Positions 51,284 to 62,605 are shown, numbered from the stretch's first letter. The stretch: 64,000 bases of DNA from Synechococcus sp. (GCA_047285305.1 JBJBDL010000003.1:864001-928000); one strand, 5' to 3'. The notes: generated by a model from the letters alone, not told the origin. Program-made: numbers and translations.

Positions 51284-53199
51284 TTGTAGCTCCGGGTGCT
51301 GGGTTGCAGCGCGGTGAACTGCAGCGGTTCGCTGTGGCGGATCGGCTCACCGTTGGTGTTGTGCTCCCAGGCGGCGATGTGGGCGAAGTTCACGTCGTCC
51401 CGTCGGGCTTCGCCCTCGTCACTTTGGTGTTCTTCGCGGAAGTGGGCCCCGCACGACTCCTCCCGGGCCAGGGCATCCCGCAGCATCAGCTGGGCTAGCC
51501 CGAAGAAGTCTTTAACCCGCAGCGCTTTCTCCAGCTCGGCATTGGGGCCGCCGGCTTCGCCTGGCACCCGTACTTCGGCTTCGAACCGCTCCTCCAGCGC
51601 CTTCACCTGTTCCAGCCCCTCCCGCAGACCATCGGCATGGCGGCTGATGCCGCAGCGGTCGATCATCACGCTGCCCAGCTCGCGATGGAAGCTGTCCACC
51701 GGGGTGCTGCCTGCGCTTTTGATCAATTGACTGATGCGGCGGCGGGTGCTCTCCAAGGCCTCGCGGCAGGCTGGGTGATCGATGGGCACATCCTGCGCAG
51801 GGTTGCCCGCCAGCCAGGCCGTGACCGTGGACGGCGCAATGAAGTAGCCATCGGCGAGCCCTTGCATCAGGGCGCTGGCGCCCAGGCGGTTGGCGCCATG
51901 TTCAGAGTAGTTCGCTTCCCCCAGAACAAACAGGCCGGGGATGGAACTCATCAGGTGGTAGTCCACCCAGAGGCCGCCCATTGTGTAGTGCGGCGCGGGA
52001 TAAATCCGCATCGGCTTCTTGTAGGGGTCATCGCCGCTGATGCGCTCGTACATCGTCATCAAGTTGCCGTAGCGGGCGGAAATGGCGTCTCTGCCTTCAG
52101 CTCTGATGGCATCGGTGAGGTCGAGGTAAACCGAGCGTCCCCCTGGGCCGACGCCCCGCCCCGCGTTGCAGAGTTCTCTAGCCCGCCTGGAGGCGACGTC
52201 CCGCGGCGTCATGTTGCCGTAGGTGGGATAAAGCCTCTCGAGGAAGTAGTCGCGTTCCTCTTCCGGTATCGCATCGGGTTGGCTCGTCTCGCCGGGGTTC
52301 TTGGGCAGCCAGACCCGCCCGTCGTTGCGCAGGCTTTCGCTCATCAGCGTCAGCTTGCTCTGGAAGACATCACCACTGGGAATGCAGGTGGGATGGATCT
52401 GGGTGAAGCAGGGATTAGCGAACAGCGCCCCTCTGCGGTGGGCCCTCCAGATCGCGCTGGTGTTCGACTTCAGTGCGTTGGTGGAGAGGAAGTAGACGTT
52501 GCTGTAACCGCCGGTGCAGAGCAGAACGGTGCGGGCGGTGTGCACCTCCAGCTCACCACTCAGCAGATGGCGCGCCACCACGCCACGGGCCACACCATCC
52601 ACGGTGATCAGCTCGAGCACGTCCCGGCGGGTGAGCAGTTGAACGCGGCCCAGCTCCACCTGGCGCATCAAGGCCTGGTAGGCGCCATAAAGCAATTGCT
52701 GGCCGGTCTGCCCCCGGGCATAGAAGGTTCGGCTCACCAGGGCCCCGCCAAAACTGCGGGTGGCCAGGCTGCCGCCGTATTCGCGTGCGAACGGTACCCC
52801 CTGGGCCACGCATTGATCGATGATGCCGCTGCTGATTTCCGCCAGCCGCTGGCAGCCCGCTTCCCGGGCGCGGAAGTCGCCTCCTTTGAGGGTGTCGGCG
52901 AACAGGCGGCTGACGCTGTCGCCATCCACCGCCACAGAACGTGCGGCATTGATGCCCCCCTGGGCCGCCACCGAATGGGCGCGGCGCGGGCTGTCGTGAA
53001 AGCTGAGCACCGTGACCCGGTAGCCCTGTTGGGCCAGAGTCGCCGCGGCGGAAGCGCCCGCCAGGCCGGTGCCCACCACGAGCACGTCCATCTGCCCTTT
53101 GCGCAGAGGGCTGATCAGCGGCAGTCCTTCGCGGGTCCGTCGCCAGGCATCGGCGAGCGGACCGGCGGGAATCCTGGGATCAGGCAGGCCCTTTGTCAT
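51280..53199 (-). CDS. sdhA: Succinate dehydrogenase/fumarate reductase flavoprotein
   Basis: [30 protein letters not shown] and HGANRLG motifs. Confidence 0.94.
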   Translation of the reverse strand: MTKGLPDPRIPAGPLADAWRRTREGLPLISPLRKGQMDVLVVGTGLAGASAAATLAQQGYRVTVLSFHDSPRRAHSVAAQGGINAARSVAVDGDSVSRLFADTLKGGDFRAREAGCQRLAEISSGIIDQCVAQGVPFAREYGGSLATRSFGGALVSRTFYARGQTGQQLLYGAYQALMRQVELGRVQLLTRRDVLELITVDGVARGVVARHLLSGELEVHTARTVLLCTGGYSNVYFLSTNALKSNTSAIWRAHRRGALFANPCFTQIHPTCIPSGDVFQSKLTLMSESLRNDGRVWLPKNPGETSQPDAIPEEERDYFLERLYPTYGNMTPRDVASRRARELCNAGRGVGPGGRSVYLDLTDAIRAEGRDAISARYGNLMTMYERISGDDPYKKPMRIYPAPHYTMGGLWVDYHLMSSIPGLFVLGEANYSEHGANRLGASALMQGLADGYFIAPSTVTAWLAGNPAQDVPIDHPACREALESTRRRISQLIKSAGSTPVDSFHRELGSVMIDRCGISRHADGLREGLEQVKALEERFEAEVRVPGEAGGPNAELEKALRVKDFFGLAQLMLRDALAREESCGAHFREEHQSDEGEARRDDVNFAHIAAWEHNTNGEPIRHSEPLQFTALQPSTRSYK

Positions 53200-53822
53200 G
53201 CCAACCCTCCGAGGGCCAGTCCCAGGCTGATCAGCAGGAAGCCTCCTCCGATTCCCGACGCCAAGAGGCGACCTCCCCAGCGGATACTGGGGCCGTTGGC
53301 CGGGTTAAGCAGACCAAGGTTGCGGTGGGCTGCTTCCGCGCCGTGGAGCAGATGCAGGCCAATGGCCAGGCTGCCGGCGGCATAAACCACAAGGCTGATC
53401 GGCTGCTGCAGCAGGTGCTGCAGCAGCTCCCGCTCCAGCCCATCGCTCGGGCGTGGCCAGCGCAGTTGTTGCAGATGCAGGGCCAGAAATCCAAGGGTGA
53501 TCACACCGGCCGCCATCTTGCTGCGGCTGGCCAGAGCGTCCAGCGGACGACCGCGACGGCTACGCAGCGCCGCTGTGTTTCCAGCACCTCGATTCCGCAG
53601 CGTTTTGGCGATGGTGCAGCTCAGATGCACGGCTGCGGTGGCGGCCAGGCCGACCTCCAACACCGGCAGCCATGGCTGGTGATGCAGGGCCGTGGAGTAG
53701 TGCTCGAACTGCACCGGTGCGATCAGCGCGGGCAACAAACCGGCCAGATGAACCACCAGAAACAGCACCAGAAGCAACCCGCTGATGGCCGAGCCAACGC
53801 GCATCAAGGTTGGATCCTGCAT
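53196..53822 (-). CDS. sdhC: Succinate dehydrogenase cytochrome b (b558-type) subunit
   Basis: Five TM segments with His ligands (HLAG, HLSC, HLQQ, HLLHG). Start 53804 or 53822; the frame stays open further upstream. Confidence 0.85.
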   Translation of the reverse strand: MQDPTLMRVGSAISGLLLVLFLVVHLAGLLPALIAPVQFEHYSTALHHQPWLPVLEVGLAATAAVHLSCTIAKTLRNRGAGNTAALRSRRGRPLDALASRSKMAAGVITLGFLALHLQQLRWPRPSDGLERELLQHLLQQPISLVVYAAGSLAIGLHLLHGAEAAHRNLGLLNPANGPSIRWGGRLLASGIGGGFLLISLGLALGGLA

Positions 53823-54000
53823 GAACCCCAGGCCACAGGATTTCGGCTGGGACGATACCTGCGATCGACGCGTTGTTTCGACATCAGGGTCGTCATTGAT
53901 TCCCATTCCAATCGTATTCAGATCGTGGAAAAGGCTGGTTCCGTGCTGGTCGCCGTCGTTCAACCTTGTCATCGTGGGGAGGTTGTGAACGCTGGCTGGC

Positions 54001-54762
54001 GTGAGGCTGAGGTCCCGTCGTTGGACATGGCGGCTTGTCTGGGTTGCTCTGGCCTGCGCGCTCGGCCTGTCGATGGCGCAGTTGGGATGGAGCGCCAAGG
54101 CCGATGTCGACCCGAGGCCCATTCCGTTGACGGGTGGAATCCTCGGGCTGCGGGCGGGATGGACCAATCAGGCATCCCTGGCCGAACTGCAAACGATCCG
54201 CAGCCCTCAGGACCTCCAACGCATCGTTTTGGTGCAAGGACTTGGCTGGAGCGATGTTGAAATTTTCGATCGTGCTGGGTTGCGCACCTACACCGCCCGG
54301 TCGGAAAAATTGCTGCGCTTGGTGAATGACAACCGGGTGCAGTTGTTTCCCCGCGGTGTGGCGGAACTTGAAGCGGAGGCTTCCGTGGTGAGGTCGTTGT
54401 ACCCGCAGATGCTGCTGGATCCCCATCTGTTGATTGTTTATCCCTTTGCGGGTTTCTTCTATGTGGCTCCAGAGAACACGGAGCTGGCAGCCGCTATTCA
54501 GACCGGTTTTGAACGGGTGATCGCCGATGGCTCGTAACAGCGCCTTGTTGAAGAAGCGATCATGACGCCCTGGTTAAGGCGCCAGCTCAAACTGCGGTCG
54601 CGAAGGATTCTGGTGCTTCAGAATCCTGAGGCGGCTGACGTGTTGGCTGATGTGAATCCAGATCACTGGATTGTTCCCTGGAATGATCTTCTCAGTGGAA
54701 GGATCACCAGCGGGAATTATCTCTGCTCGTCTTCGGGATTGAAGCGGTTATGTGTTAATTAA
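54001..54762 (+). pseudogene. Disrupted periplasmic solute-binding-type protein
   Basis: ORFs 54001..54537 and 54562..54762 are in the same frame, separated by one TAA (ADGS*QRLVEEAIMTPW). Motifs QGLGWSD, LFPRGV and YPFAGFFYV. Confidence 0.75.
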
Positions 54763-54805
54763 ACGCGCATTGAATCTGGCTGATTCAACGCACCACTGCT
54801 TAAAA

Positions 54806-54880
<75 letters not shown>

Positions 54881-54921
54881 CATGGGCAATTTAACATTTG
54901 CTCTGAATCCAACTTGGACGT

Positions 54922-55194
54922 TTGCCCGATAATCCCCGCCCCAAATCTGGCCTGGATCCCGCCCTGCGGGAACGGTTGCTCAAGGAATCACAGACCCCCT
55001 GGCGTGGGCTCAGACGGCTCGTCTGGTTCGCTCTCTTTGCCTCTGCTGGACTCGGCCTGTTCACGATGGCTTTCCGTGCTTCCGCCGGCGACACCGTCGA
55101 TCTGGCTGACTTCGGCATCCAGGGGGGTGCTCTCCTGCTCTTCTCCGGACTGCTCTGGTTCGACCGCAACAGAGGCAGCAGCAGCGACACTTGA
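54922..55194 (+). CDS. DUF3493 domain membrane protein
   Basis: RLLKESQTPWRGLRRLVW..L.ASA..G pattern with two TM segments. Confidence 0.75.
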   Translation: MPDNPRPKSGLDPALRERLLKESQTPWRGLRRLVWFALFASAGLGLFTMAFRASAGDTVDLADFGIQGGALLLFSGLLWFDRNRGSSSDT

Positions 55195-56340
55195 TTCGTC
55201 GGCGTCAACCGAACTGATGTCTTCAGAGTTGTCGTCTTCAGCGTCGTCGTCTTCCGACATGTTGTCTTGAGCCTCTGCATCGACGGGTTCCAGCGCTTCG
55301 GGCTCGACGTCATCGGACTCTTCAGCCGTCGCGGCGTTTATGGCTGAACTTTCGTCGTCTGGCTCTTGGTTGTCTGGTGCTTCGTCGTCTGGCTCTTCGT
55401 TGTCAGGGCTGATGACGGAGGCGCTGATGTCTTCCGTGCTGTCGCTCTGTTCCGGCGTGGTGTCTTCCATGTCTTCCACGTCCATGGCCTCATCGGCGTC
55501 CTGATCGCTTGTTGGAGCAGCCTCTTCAGCGTCATCAGACGACTCGTCGTCAGCTTGAGCCTCGGCAACGACGGGCTCAGGAGCGGTTTCGGGATCAGCT
55601 TCGTCAGACACTGCAGCCGTCAACGGATTGTCGGCTGAAATCTCCTCGTCGGGTGACTCGTTCTCAGTGCTGTTGTCCGTCTCCGACGCGGTGTCGTCCA
55701 CCCCGATGGCCTTGTCGGGCTTTTGCTGGATCGGCTCCACTGCAGGCTCCGGCCACTCCAGGCGAGGGAGGTTGAGCAACTGCAGGCCAAGGCTGGTGCG
55801 CTGCGTTGCCACAGCATCAGCACGAAAAGCTGAATCGGCAGGGGCAACGGTTGCTGGTGATCCAAGCAACAGCGCTGCGGCTTGAATCAGCTGCTGCACC
55901 TGCCAGACCATCAAGGCCAGCAATGGGCTGACCAGCAACAGGGTGACCAGACGGGATTGTCCCGACACCGGGGAAAATTCACTCGCCAGCACCGCTGAAT
56001 CGTCCATCCACCAGAGCACGGGCAGCAGGACCATTGCGGCGATCACCACAGCGGCGCGGCTGCTCAAGCCGGCTTGGGATGCACTGATGCGGAGTTGATC
56101 GCTGTTGCGGCTGGCCAGCGGCTGACGCACGAACAGCAGAGATCCCCAATCGGCGGGCCGTCGCCACAACGCGACAGCTGGGGCCAGGACCCCCACCCCC
56201 CAGATCAGAAATCGCTCCACACCGGGAACAGGACCCGGATCCGCGCCGGCCAGAACCAGGCGGATCAGCAGCAGCTCTAGGGGAATGGCCCCAAGGGCCA
56301 GGCACTGAAGCCAGAGCAGGGGCTCGCTGCGGGGCTGCAC
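54988..56340 (-). CDS. Membrane protein with a long acidic low-complexity tail
   Basis: EPLLWLQ N-terminus, about 4 TM segments, then a long D/E/S/A/P-rich tail. Confidence 0.8.
   Translation of the reverse strand: MQPRSEPLLWLQCLALGAIPLELLLIRLVLAGADPGPVPGVERFLIWGVGVLAPAVALWRRPADWGSLLFVRQPLASRNSDQLRISASQAGLSSRAAVVIAAMVLLPVLWWMDDSAVLASEFSPVSGQSRLVTLLLVSPLLALMVWQVQQLIQAAALLLGSPATVAPADSAFRADAVATQRTSLGLQLLNLPRLEWPEPAVEPIQQKPDKAIGVDDTASETDNSTENESPDEEISADNPLTAAVSDEADPETAPEPVVAEAQADDESSDDAEEAAPTSDQDADEAMDVEDMEDTTPEQSDSTEDISASVISPDNEEPDDEAPDNQEPDDESSAINAATAEESDDVEPEALEPVDAEAQDNMSEDDDAEDDNSEDISSVDADESSVAAAASVAVEPEQSGEEQESTPLDAEVSQIDGVAGGSTESHREQAESSRGKESEPDEPSEPTPGGL
55351..55404. repeat. 30-bp tandem duplication in the acidic tail
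   Basis: TTCGTCGTCTGGCTCTTGGTTGTCTGGTGC followed by TTCGTCGTCTGGCTCTTCGTTGTC; encodes PDNEEPDDEA/PDNQEPDDES. Confidence 0.8.
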
Positions 56341-56354
56341 GATCGCTTGCGGGG

Positions 56355-59300
56355 TCAGGTGGTGAGTTTGCGGCGTTGGGTGACCATCTTGAAGGCTTCA
56401 ATGCGATCGCCTTCTTCCCAGTTGGCGAACCGATCGGTGCCGACACCGCATTCGAAGCCCGTGGCCACTTCCTTGACGTCGTCCTTGTTGCGACGCAGGG
56501 AGTCGAGGTCGCCCTCGTAGACCACCTGTTTTCCGCGGTGCACCCGCACCCGGCAATTGCGATGCAGCTTGCCGGTGGTGACATAACAGCCGGCCACGGC
56601 GCTCTTGCCGATGGTGAAGACGGCGCGCACCTCGGCTTCGCCCAGGGCTTCTTCCACCAGTTCCGGCTCCAGCAGACCTTCCATCGCCAACTGGATGTCT
56701 TCCAGCAGCTTGTAGATCACGTCGTAGTCGCGCACATCCACCCCAGTGGCATCCGCCGCTTTCTTGGCGCCGGAGGCCATGGAGGTGTTGAAGCCCACGA
56801 TCACCGCGCCGGAGGCGGCTGCCAGGTCGACGTCGGTTTCGGTGATCTCGCCAGGTGCCGACAGCAGCACCCGCACCTGCACCTCATCCTTGGGCAGCTG
56901 CTCGAGCGATCCGAGGATGGCTTCCACAGAGCCTTGAACGTCGGCTTTGAGAATCAGGTTGAGTTCCTTGAGCTCACCGTCATTGGCCTGGCCGGACATG
57001 GCCGTGAGCGAGACGCGTCGTGACGCCATCTGCTGAGCAAGACGGGTGGCACGGGCATCGGAGGCGCGATCGCCTACAACGGATCGGGCTGATTTCTCGT
57101 CGGGGTACACCTCGAACTCATCACCGGCGGTGGGCACTTCGCTAAAGCCCAGGGCCTCCACAGCAAAGGAGGGGCCCGCTTCCTTGAGGCGTTGGCGGTT
57201 GTCATCCACCATGGCGCGCACCTTGCCCAGCACCGGACCAGCGGCGACGACGTCGCCAGTCTTGAGGGTGCCGTTCTGCACCAGCAGGGTGGCTACGGGG
57301 CCTTTGGCCTTGTCGAGGTGGGCCTCGATCACGGTGCCGCGGGCCAGACGATCCGGGTTGGCCTGCAGGTCTTCCACTTCGGTGACCAGCAGCAGCATCT
57401 CCAGCAGCTTGTCGATGTTTTCGCCCTTGATGGCGCTCACCGGCACCATCACCACATCGCCGCCCCAGTCTTCCGCTAGCAGGTTTTGCTCAGACAGCTC
57501 CTGCTTTACCCGTTCGGGTGATGAACCTTCTTTGTCGATCTTGTTGATCGCCACCACGATCGGCACTTCAGCGGCCCGGGCGTGGCTGATGGCTTCCAGG
57601 GTCTGGGGGCGGACGCCGTCATCAGCGGCCACCACCAGCACAGCCACGTCTGTCACCTTGGTGCCACGGGCTCGCATGGCCGTGAAGGCTTCGTGGCCCG
57701 GAGTGTCCAGGAAGGTGAGCTTGCGCTGCTCGTTGTTGTGCTCGATCTCAACCTGATAGGCACCGATGTGCTGGGTGATGCCGCCGGCCTCACCCGCAGC
57801 GACGCGCGCCTGACGAATGGCATCCAGAAGGCTGGTTTTGCCGTGGTCGACGTGGCCCATGACGGTGACCACGGGCGGACGTCGGATCAGGTGAGCCTTG
57901 TCGGCCTCTTCGATCATTTCGACGGTCTTCTTGGCCGCCTCCTCCACGTCATCCTGCAGCACCGGCACACCGAATTCGTCGGCAACGGCCTCGATCGTGG
58001 GCATGTCCAGGGTCTGGGTGACCGTGGCGATGATCCCTTTGAAGAACAGGGATTTGATGATCTCTGAGCTTTCGACGCTCAGCATGTCCGCCAGTTCCTG
58101 CACCGTGAGGTTGTCCTCCGGCACCACGATCATTTCGGGACGCACCTGCTTTGCTTCCCGGGCTGCCCGCAGCTCCATGGCACGCCGGCGCTGACGCTGA
58201 CGGGCGGTTTCCTTCTTGCGCTTGCGCATCGCCGCCACTGGCTTGGGTGCGGTGCGCTGCTGCGACTTGGGCTTGGCGGGACGAGCCAGGCTCGCCGATA
58301 GAACCATGTTCTCCTGTTCGCCGGCGAAGCCGCCGGTCTGTGCCGCCAGGGAATCATCGTTTTCACCGATGATGTGCACCTTCTGGCGCTGCTTCTGCGG
58401 CGAGCGGCTGCGCAGAGCATCGAGCCGTGCGCTGTCATCCCAGTCCGGACGGCCAGGCCGCCGTTGGCCACCAGGGCCACCCGGACGGAAGCTGGGACGG
58501 CGGGGCGCTGAAGGGGAATTCGGACGCGCTACGGGCGGGGTGGCCGTTCCTGCACCTGCACCGGCTTTAGTGGGTGCATCCGGACGGCGGGGTGCCGGTG
58601 CTGCTTGCCTGCCGACAGGCTTCTGCAGTTGCATGAGTTCACCGGGAGCCACCGGTTTGCGCATTCCAGCAGGCATGCCGGGACGTCCAGGAGCTCCCGG
58701 CCGGGTGGGCGCACCAGGACGACCGCTACCTGTGCTGCTGCCATCGCGACGAATCGGCTTGCCGACCAGTTCCAGGGTGTTGCCGCTGCGGGGGGGCATC
58801 CCGGGGCGACCCTGTCGGGTGGGGGCTCCTGGACGGCTTGGACCTCCCTGGCGTTGAGGCACGCCGGTGCCTGCCGGACGGCGGGGCACGGGTTTGCCCA
58901 CCAGTTCAGGCCTCGGAGTGGGCCTTGAGGGTGCACTGGGCTTTGTGGGAGCGCCGGCACGGGTTGGCACACCGGGCCGAGATGGAGCGCCTGCGCGGAT
59001 GATCTGTGGCTTGGGCTGTCCCTGGCCAGGGGTGGGTCGTGCAGGACTTCCAGCCCCTGCAGGTCGCGGCGCCGGGCGAGCTGGTGTGGGTCGCGGCGTG
59101 GGTGCCGTGGGTTTGGCAGCAGCCTTGGGCTTGCTCACCAGTTCCGGTTTGCCTGCAGACGGCTTGCTGACAACCTGCGGTTTGGCCGCGGCAGGTCGTG
59201 GAACGGGTTTTGCCGCCGTTGGCCGCGCCGGGGCTGAGGGGGGTTTCTGAGGAGCGGCGGGCCGCGCCGGTGCTGCTGACGCTTTCACCGGTGCAGCCAC

Positions 59301-59693
59301 TGGCTTGCTGATCACCGGTTTGGGCGTGGCCGCTGCGGGAGGCTTCGGGGCCGACTGCGGTTTGGCAGCCGCCACGGGTTTGGCGACCACAGGCTTGGCG
59401 ACCGGTTTGCTCACCGCTGGGGCGGGCTTGCTCGGCGCGGCCGGGGCCGCTTTCTTCACCGAGAGGATGGCCTTGCCAGGTGCGGGCTTGGCAGGGGCCG
59501 CGGCAGCGGGTTTCGCGCCATTCCCGCCTTTGCCAAGTAGCGAACGAATTTTTCCGGCTTCAGTGTCACTGATCGAGCTGCTGTGGCTCTTCGCAGCGAT
59601 TGACAGCTTTTCAGCCGCATCCAGCACGTCCTTGTTCTCAAGGCCGAGATCCTTGGACAGCTCGTAAATTCTGACTTTGCCGCTGCTGGTCAT
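56355..59693 (-). CDS. infB: Translation initiation factor IF-2
   Basis: [18 protein letters not shown] and NKID motifs; long Pro/Ala/Lys N-terminal linker. Confidence 0.98.
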   Translation of the reverse strand: MTSSGKVRIYELSKDLGLENKDVLDAAEKLSIAAKSHSSSISDTEAGKIRSLLGKGGNGAKPAAAAPAKPAPGKAILSVKKAAPAAPSKPAPAVSKPVAKPVVAKPVAAAKPQSAPKPPAAATPKPVISKPVAAPVKASAAPARPAAPQKPPSAPARPTAAKPVPRPAAAKPQVVSKPSAGKPELVSKPKAAAKPTAPTPRPTPARPAPRPAGAGSPARPTPGQGQPKPQIIRAGAPSRPGVPTRAGAPTKPSAPSRPTPRPELVGKPVPRRPAGTGVPQRQGGPSRPGAPTRQGRPGMPPRSGNTLELVGKPIRRDGSSTGSGRPGAPTRPGAPGRPGMPAGMRKPVAPGELMQLQKPVGRQAAPAPRRPDAPTKAGAGAGTATPPVARPNSPSAPRRPSFRPGGPGGQRRPGRPDWDDSARLDALRSRSPQKQRQKVHIIGENDDSLAAQTGGFAGEQENMVLSASLARPAKPKSQQRTAPKPVAAMRKRKKETARQRQRRRAMELRAAREAKQVRPEMIVVPEDNLTVQELADMLSVESSEIIKSLFFKGIIATVTQTLDMPTIEAVADEFGVPVLQDDVEEAAKKTVEMIEEADKAHLIRRPPVVTVMGHVDHGKTSLLDAIRQARVAAGEAGGITQHIGAYQVEIEHNNEQRKLTFLDTPGHEAFTAMRARGTKVTDVAVLVVAADDGVRPQTLEAISHARAAEVPIVVAINKIDKEGSSPERVKQELSEQNLLAEDWGGDVVMVPVSAIKGENIDKLLEMLLLVTEVEDLQANPDRLARGTVIEAHLDKAKGPVATLLVQNGTLKTGDVVAAGPVLGKVRAMVDDNRQRLKEAGPSFAVEALGFSEVPTAGDEFEVYPDEKSARSVVGDRASDARATRLAQQMASRRVSLTAMSGQANDGELKELNLILKADVQGSVEAILGSLEQLPKDEVQVRVLLSAPGEITETDVDLAAASGAVIVGFNTSMASGAKKAADATGVDVRDYDVIYKLLEDIQLAMEGLLEPELVEEALGEAEVRAVFTIGKSAVAGCYVTTGKLHRNCRVRVHRGKQVVYEGDLDSLRRNKDDVKEVATGFECGVGTDRFANWEEGDRIEAFKMVTQRRKLTT

Positions 59694-59762
59694 TCAGTTC
59701 GGGTCTCCGATCGGTCCGGGCATGGATTGCCGCGGTGGCCACGCACAAGGTGGGGCCAATGT

Positions 59763-60041
59763 TCAGTCTGCCTCAGCGGATTCACCAACGCTTTGGTTAA
59801 GCCGCTGTTTCAACACCGCAAGCACTGTTTCGGGCACCTGACAACGCAGGGCTTTCTGCAAACGCTTGCGACGGGTCGCCTCCTCAAGGCAGTTCTCCTC
59901 GCGGCAGAGATAGGCCGAACGGCCCATCCCCTCATCGAGGAGAACTCCGTCCTGATGGTCGCGGATCACCCTCCAGAGTTGGCAGCGATCCAAGAGCTGG
60001 CGGCAGGCCACGCAGCGACGCAGGACGGGGCGGTCACTCAC
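59763..60041 (-). CDS. ylxR: YlxR (DUF448) family protein
   Basis: RRCVACR...GRSAYLC...C; lies between nusA and infB. Confidence 0.9.
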   Translation of the reverse strand: MSDRPVLRRCVACRQLLDRCQLWRVIRDHQDGVLLDEGMGRSAYLCREENCLEEATRRKRLQKALRCQVPETVLAVLKQRLNQSVGESAEAD

Positions 60042-61489
60042 CGGACCTGCTCCTGATCTGGATCGTCATCGGCCTCAACCGCTGCGTCCGTGGTTTCAGC
60101 TTCGGCCTCGAACTCGGTTTCGCTGCCGGCTTCTACCTCAGCGGGCTCCTCCTCAGAGAACTCCTGCTCGGCCTGCTCCTCGCCGTAGTCCTCCTCATCT
60201 TCGGGCAGCGGATACAGCTCTCGCAGGCGTGCATCCTCTTCCGCCCGAGCGGCCTGTTCCGCGGCCAGTCGTTCTTCGGCTTGCTGCTGGAGGGCTTCCT
60301 CCTCCTCCCTTTGAGAGATCAGCTCCGCCACCACAGCATCCTCTGACTCTTGGTCGTATTCGGTGGAGTTCTTGATGTCGATCTTCCAGCCGGTGAGTCG
60401 GGCGGCCAAACGCACGTTCTGGCCTTCGCGGCCGATGGCCAGGCTCAGCTGATCGGGGGGCACCAGCACATGGGCGTGCTGGCCCACGGGATCCACCAGT
60501 CGCACCATTTCCACCCGAGCGGGGCTGAGGGAATTGGCGATGTACTGGCCCGGATCTTGCGACCAGCGGATCACGTCGATTTTTTCTCCACGCAGTTCGT
60601 TCACCACCTGCTGAATGCGGGAGCCGCGGGCGCCGATGCAGGCGCCGACGGGGTCCACCTCTCGTTCGATGCTGTCGACGGCCACCTTGGTGCGGGGGCC
60701 CACGGAACGGGAGGGGGGATTGGCTTCACGGGCAACGGCCACGATCCGAACCGATCCTTCCTGAATTTCGGGAACTTCGTTCTCGAACAGGTAGACCACC
60801 AAACCGGCATTGGAGCGGCTGACGAACAGCTGCGGTCCCCGGCGGGGCACTTCGCTCACCTCTTTAAGGAAGACCTTGAAGGTGGCGTTGGCGCGGTAGT
60901 TGTCGTTGGGCAGTTGATCGCGCCTGGGGAGTTCAGCCTCCACTTCCGGACGGCCCAGGCCTGAGCTGACCGCCATGATCACTGACTGGCGCTCGAAGCG
61001 GATCACCCGGGCCGTCAGCACCGGGTCCTCCAAATCAGCGAATTCCTCCTGGATCATGCGGCGCTGCTGATCCCGCAGCTTCTGGGCCAGCACCTGCTTT
61101 GTGGTGGCGGCGGCCATCCGGCCGAAATCCTCTTTCTCTGGGGTGACGTCCAGCACCACCGTGTCGCCCACCTGGGCGTCATCGGCTACCTGCATCACCT
61201 CGGCGATTGCGATCTGGTGGTCTTCGCTCTCCACCTCATCAACGATGATTTTGCTGGCTAGAACCCGGTAGCCCTCCTCCTCAAGGTCGAGGCCAACGTC
61301 AAAGTTGCTGAAGTACTCCTCATCAAAGGGGTCTTCGCTGATGCCTATGTACAGCGTGCGCCTGTAGCGCTCGTAACCCTTCAGCAGGGCCTCCCGTAGG
61401 GCCGCTTCCACCACCTGGGGCGGCAGCTTCTTCTCTTCGCTGATGTCGTCGATGAGGTTGCTGAGACCGGGAAGCAGGACGAGAGCCAT
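60038..61489 (-). CDS. nusA: Transcription termination/antitermination factor NusA
   Basis: FGRMAA, DPVGACIG.RGSRI and AIGREGQNVRLA motifs. Confidence 0.98.
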   Translation of the reverse strand: MALVLLPGLSNLIDDISEEKKLPPQVVEAALREALLKGYERYRRTLYIGISEDPFDEEYFSNFDVGLDLEEEGYRVLASKIIVDEVESEDHQIAIAEVMQVADDAQVGDTVVLDVTPEKEDFGRMAAATTKQVLAQKLRDQQRRMIQEEFADLEDPVLTARVIRFERQSVIMAVSSGLGRPEVEAELPRRDQLPNDNYRANATFKVFLKEVSEVPRRGPQLFVSRSNAGLVVYLFENEVPEIQEGSVRIVAVAREANPPSRSVGPRTKVAVDSIEREVDPVGACIGARGSRIQQVVNELRGEKIDVIRWSQDPGQYIANSLSPARVEMVRLVDPVGQHAHVLVPPDQLSLAIGREGQNVRLAARLTGWKIDIKNSTEYDQESEDAVVAELISQREEEEALQQQAEERLAAEQAARAEEDARLRELYPLPEDEEDYGEEQAEQEFSEEEPAEVEAGSETEFEAEAETTDAAVEADDDPDQEQVR

Positions 61490-61543
61490 CGCGTTGGGTT
61501 AGGGGAAAAGAAAGGAGCGGTTGCAGGGGTGTGAACGCTGGGT

Positions 61544-62011
61544 TCAGCTGCCTGGACTCGTGAGGCGGACACCGATCACGCAATCCCGGGGAATCCGTTT
61601 GATTCGCCCGCGAATGTTGATCTGCAGCGTGTCGGCGTCGCGTTCGAGCAAGAGGCCCTCAAGGCGTTGCTCGCTGTCGTGCTTGTCGCGGTGATGCACC
61701 TCCACAGGGAACCCACGGAAGGTTTCAAAGTCGCGATCGCTGGACAGCTGGTCGCCGATGCCGGGACTGCTGATCTCCAGAACATACGCGTCGGTGAGCA
61801 GGGTGGAGGCCTCAAGGGCATCCCCCAGCGCGCCACTGAAACCGGCGCAGTCATCAAGGCTCACATCCGCTCCACTGCTGTGGCGGATCTGCACTTCCAG
61901 GGTCATCGGGCTCATGTGGGTGAGCAGCTGAATGTTGCAAAGGGCTAAGCCTTTGCTGGCGGCCACGTCAGTGGCCAGCGTTTCAAGATCCGGAAGCAGA
62001 GGATGAGGCAA
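61544..62011 (-). CDS. rimP: Ribosome maturation factor RimP
   Basis: VSLDDC and YVLEISSPG motifs; first gene of the nusA operon. Confidence 0.95.
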   Translation of the reverse strand: MPHPLLPDLETLATDVAASKGLALCNIQLLTHMSPMTLEVQIRHSSGADVSLDDCAGFSGALGDALEASTLLTDAYVLEISSPGIGDQLSSDRDFETFRGFPVEVHHRDKHDSEQRLEGLLLERDADTLQINIRGRIKRIPRDCVIGVRLTSPGS

Positions 62012-62015
62012 CGCG

Positions 62016-62077
62016 AACTGAGGGCGGACGTCGGCCCGACGTGCATTTCAGTTGTGACCGATCTCCCACAGGGAGAT
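62016..62077 (-). promoter_or_regulatory. Structured 5' leader of rimP
   Basis: Hairpin ATCTCCC/GGGAGAT (62061-62077), then an AACTGA/TCAGTT stem enclosing GGGC...GCCC; -10-like TACATT on minus at 62097-62102. Confidence 0.5.
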
Positions 62078-62121
62078 GCCCGTCGGACACGCACTCAATG
62101 TACGGGACCGTCAGCCCGCCG

Positions 62122-62394
62122 TCAGCTGTTGCCCAGATCGATGGCTGGTGCATCAGGGAAGGCGTCTCCCGGCTGTTCGGCGCCGCGCCCGTCGGAATCT
62201 TGATTGATGCAGAGGCGTCTACGCTCCGGATCGGTCACGTACTGGCAGACGCGGCTCCAGAGTTTGCTGCGGCTGCCCTGGGGACCATTGCTGAACGTCA
62301 CCACATCGCGAAGACCAGGGCGGTCTTCGATCACGACCTGACAGAGCTCACAGCGTTGTGAAGCGGCGGTTTCGCTCAAAGGTGGAGGTCGCAA
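62122..62394 (-). CDS. Small Cys-containing conserved hypothetical protein
   Basis: CELC...V.FS.GP.GSRSKL.SRVCQY...CIN. Confidence 0.65.
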   Translation of the reverse strand: MRPPPLSETAASQRCELCQVVIEDRPGLRDVVTFSNGPQGSRSKLWSRVCQYVTDPERRRLCINQDSDGRGAEQPGDAFPDAPAIDLGNS

Positions 62395-62437
62395 AACGGC
62401 TCGACCCTAAGCAGTGGACTCGAGAGCCGCTGTGCGA

Positions 62438-62605
62438 TCAGTGGCAGCCCTGAACGGAAATGCGGTAACTGAATCCAGTGGCTTGTGGATCCTTGTTGGC
62501 GCCGATCCTGAAATTCACCTGGCTGATGCTCTTGCCCGATACCTGCTGGAAGGGGCCGAACATCCGAGCGGTGCCCGCGGGCGGCTGCAGTTGTTCATCG
62601 GCCAC
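62438..62605 (-). pseudogene. 3' fragment of a hypothetical protein gene
   Basis: Hand translation VADEQLQPPAGTARMFGPFQQVSGKSISQVNFRIGANKDPQATGFSYRISVQGCH*; an in-frame stop lies 7 codons upstream. Confidence 0.5.

Noticed and set aside
51637..53385. 582-aa plus-strand ORF
   Set aside because: It is the antisense shadow of sdhA.
58440..59560. Repetitive Pro/Ala/Lys/Arg-rich DNA resembling an array
   Set aside because: It is the normal low-complexity IF-2 N-terminal linker, with no fixed-length repeat-spacer structure.
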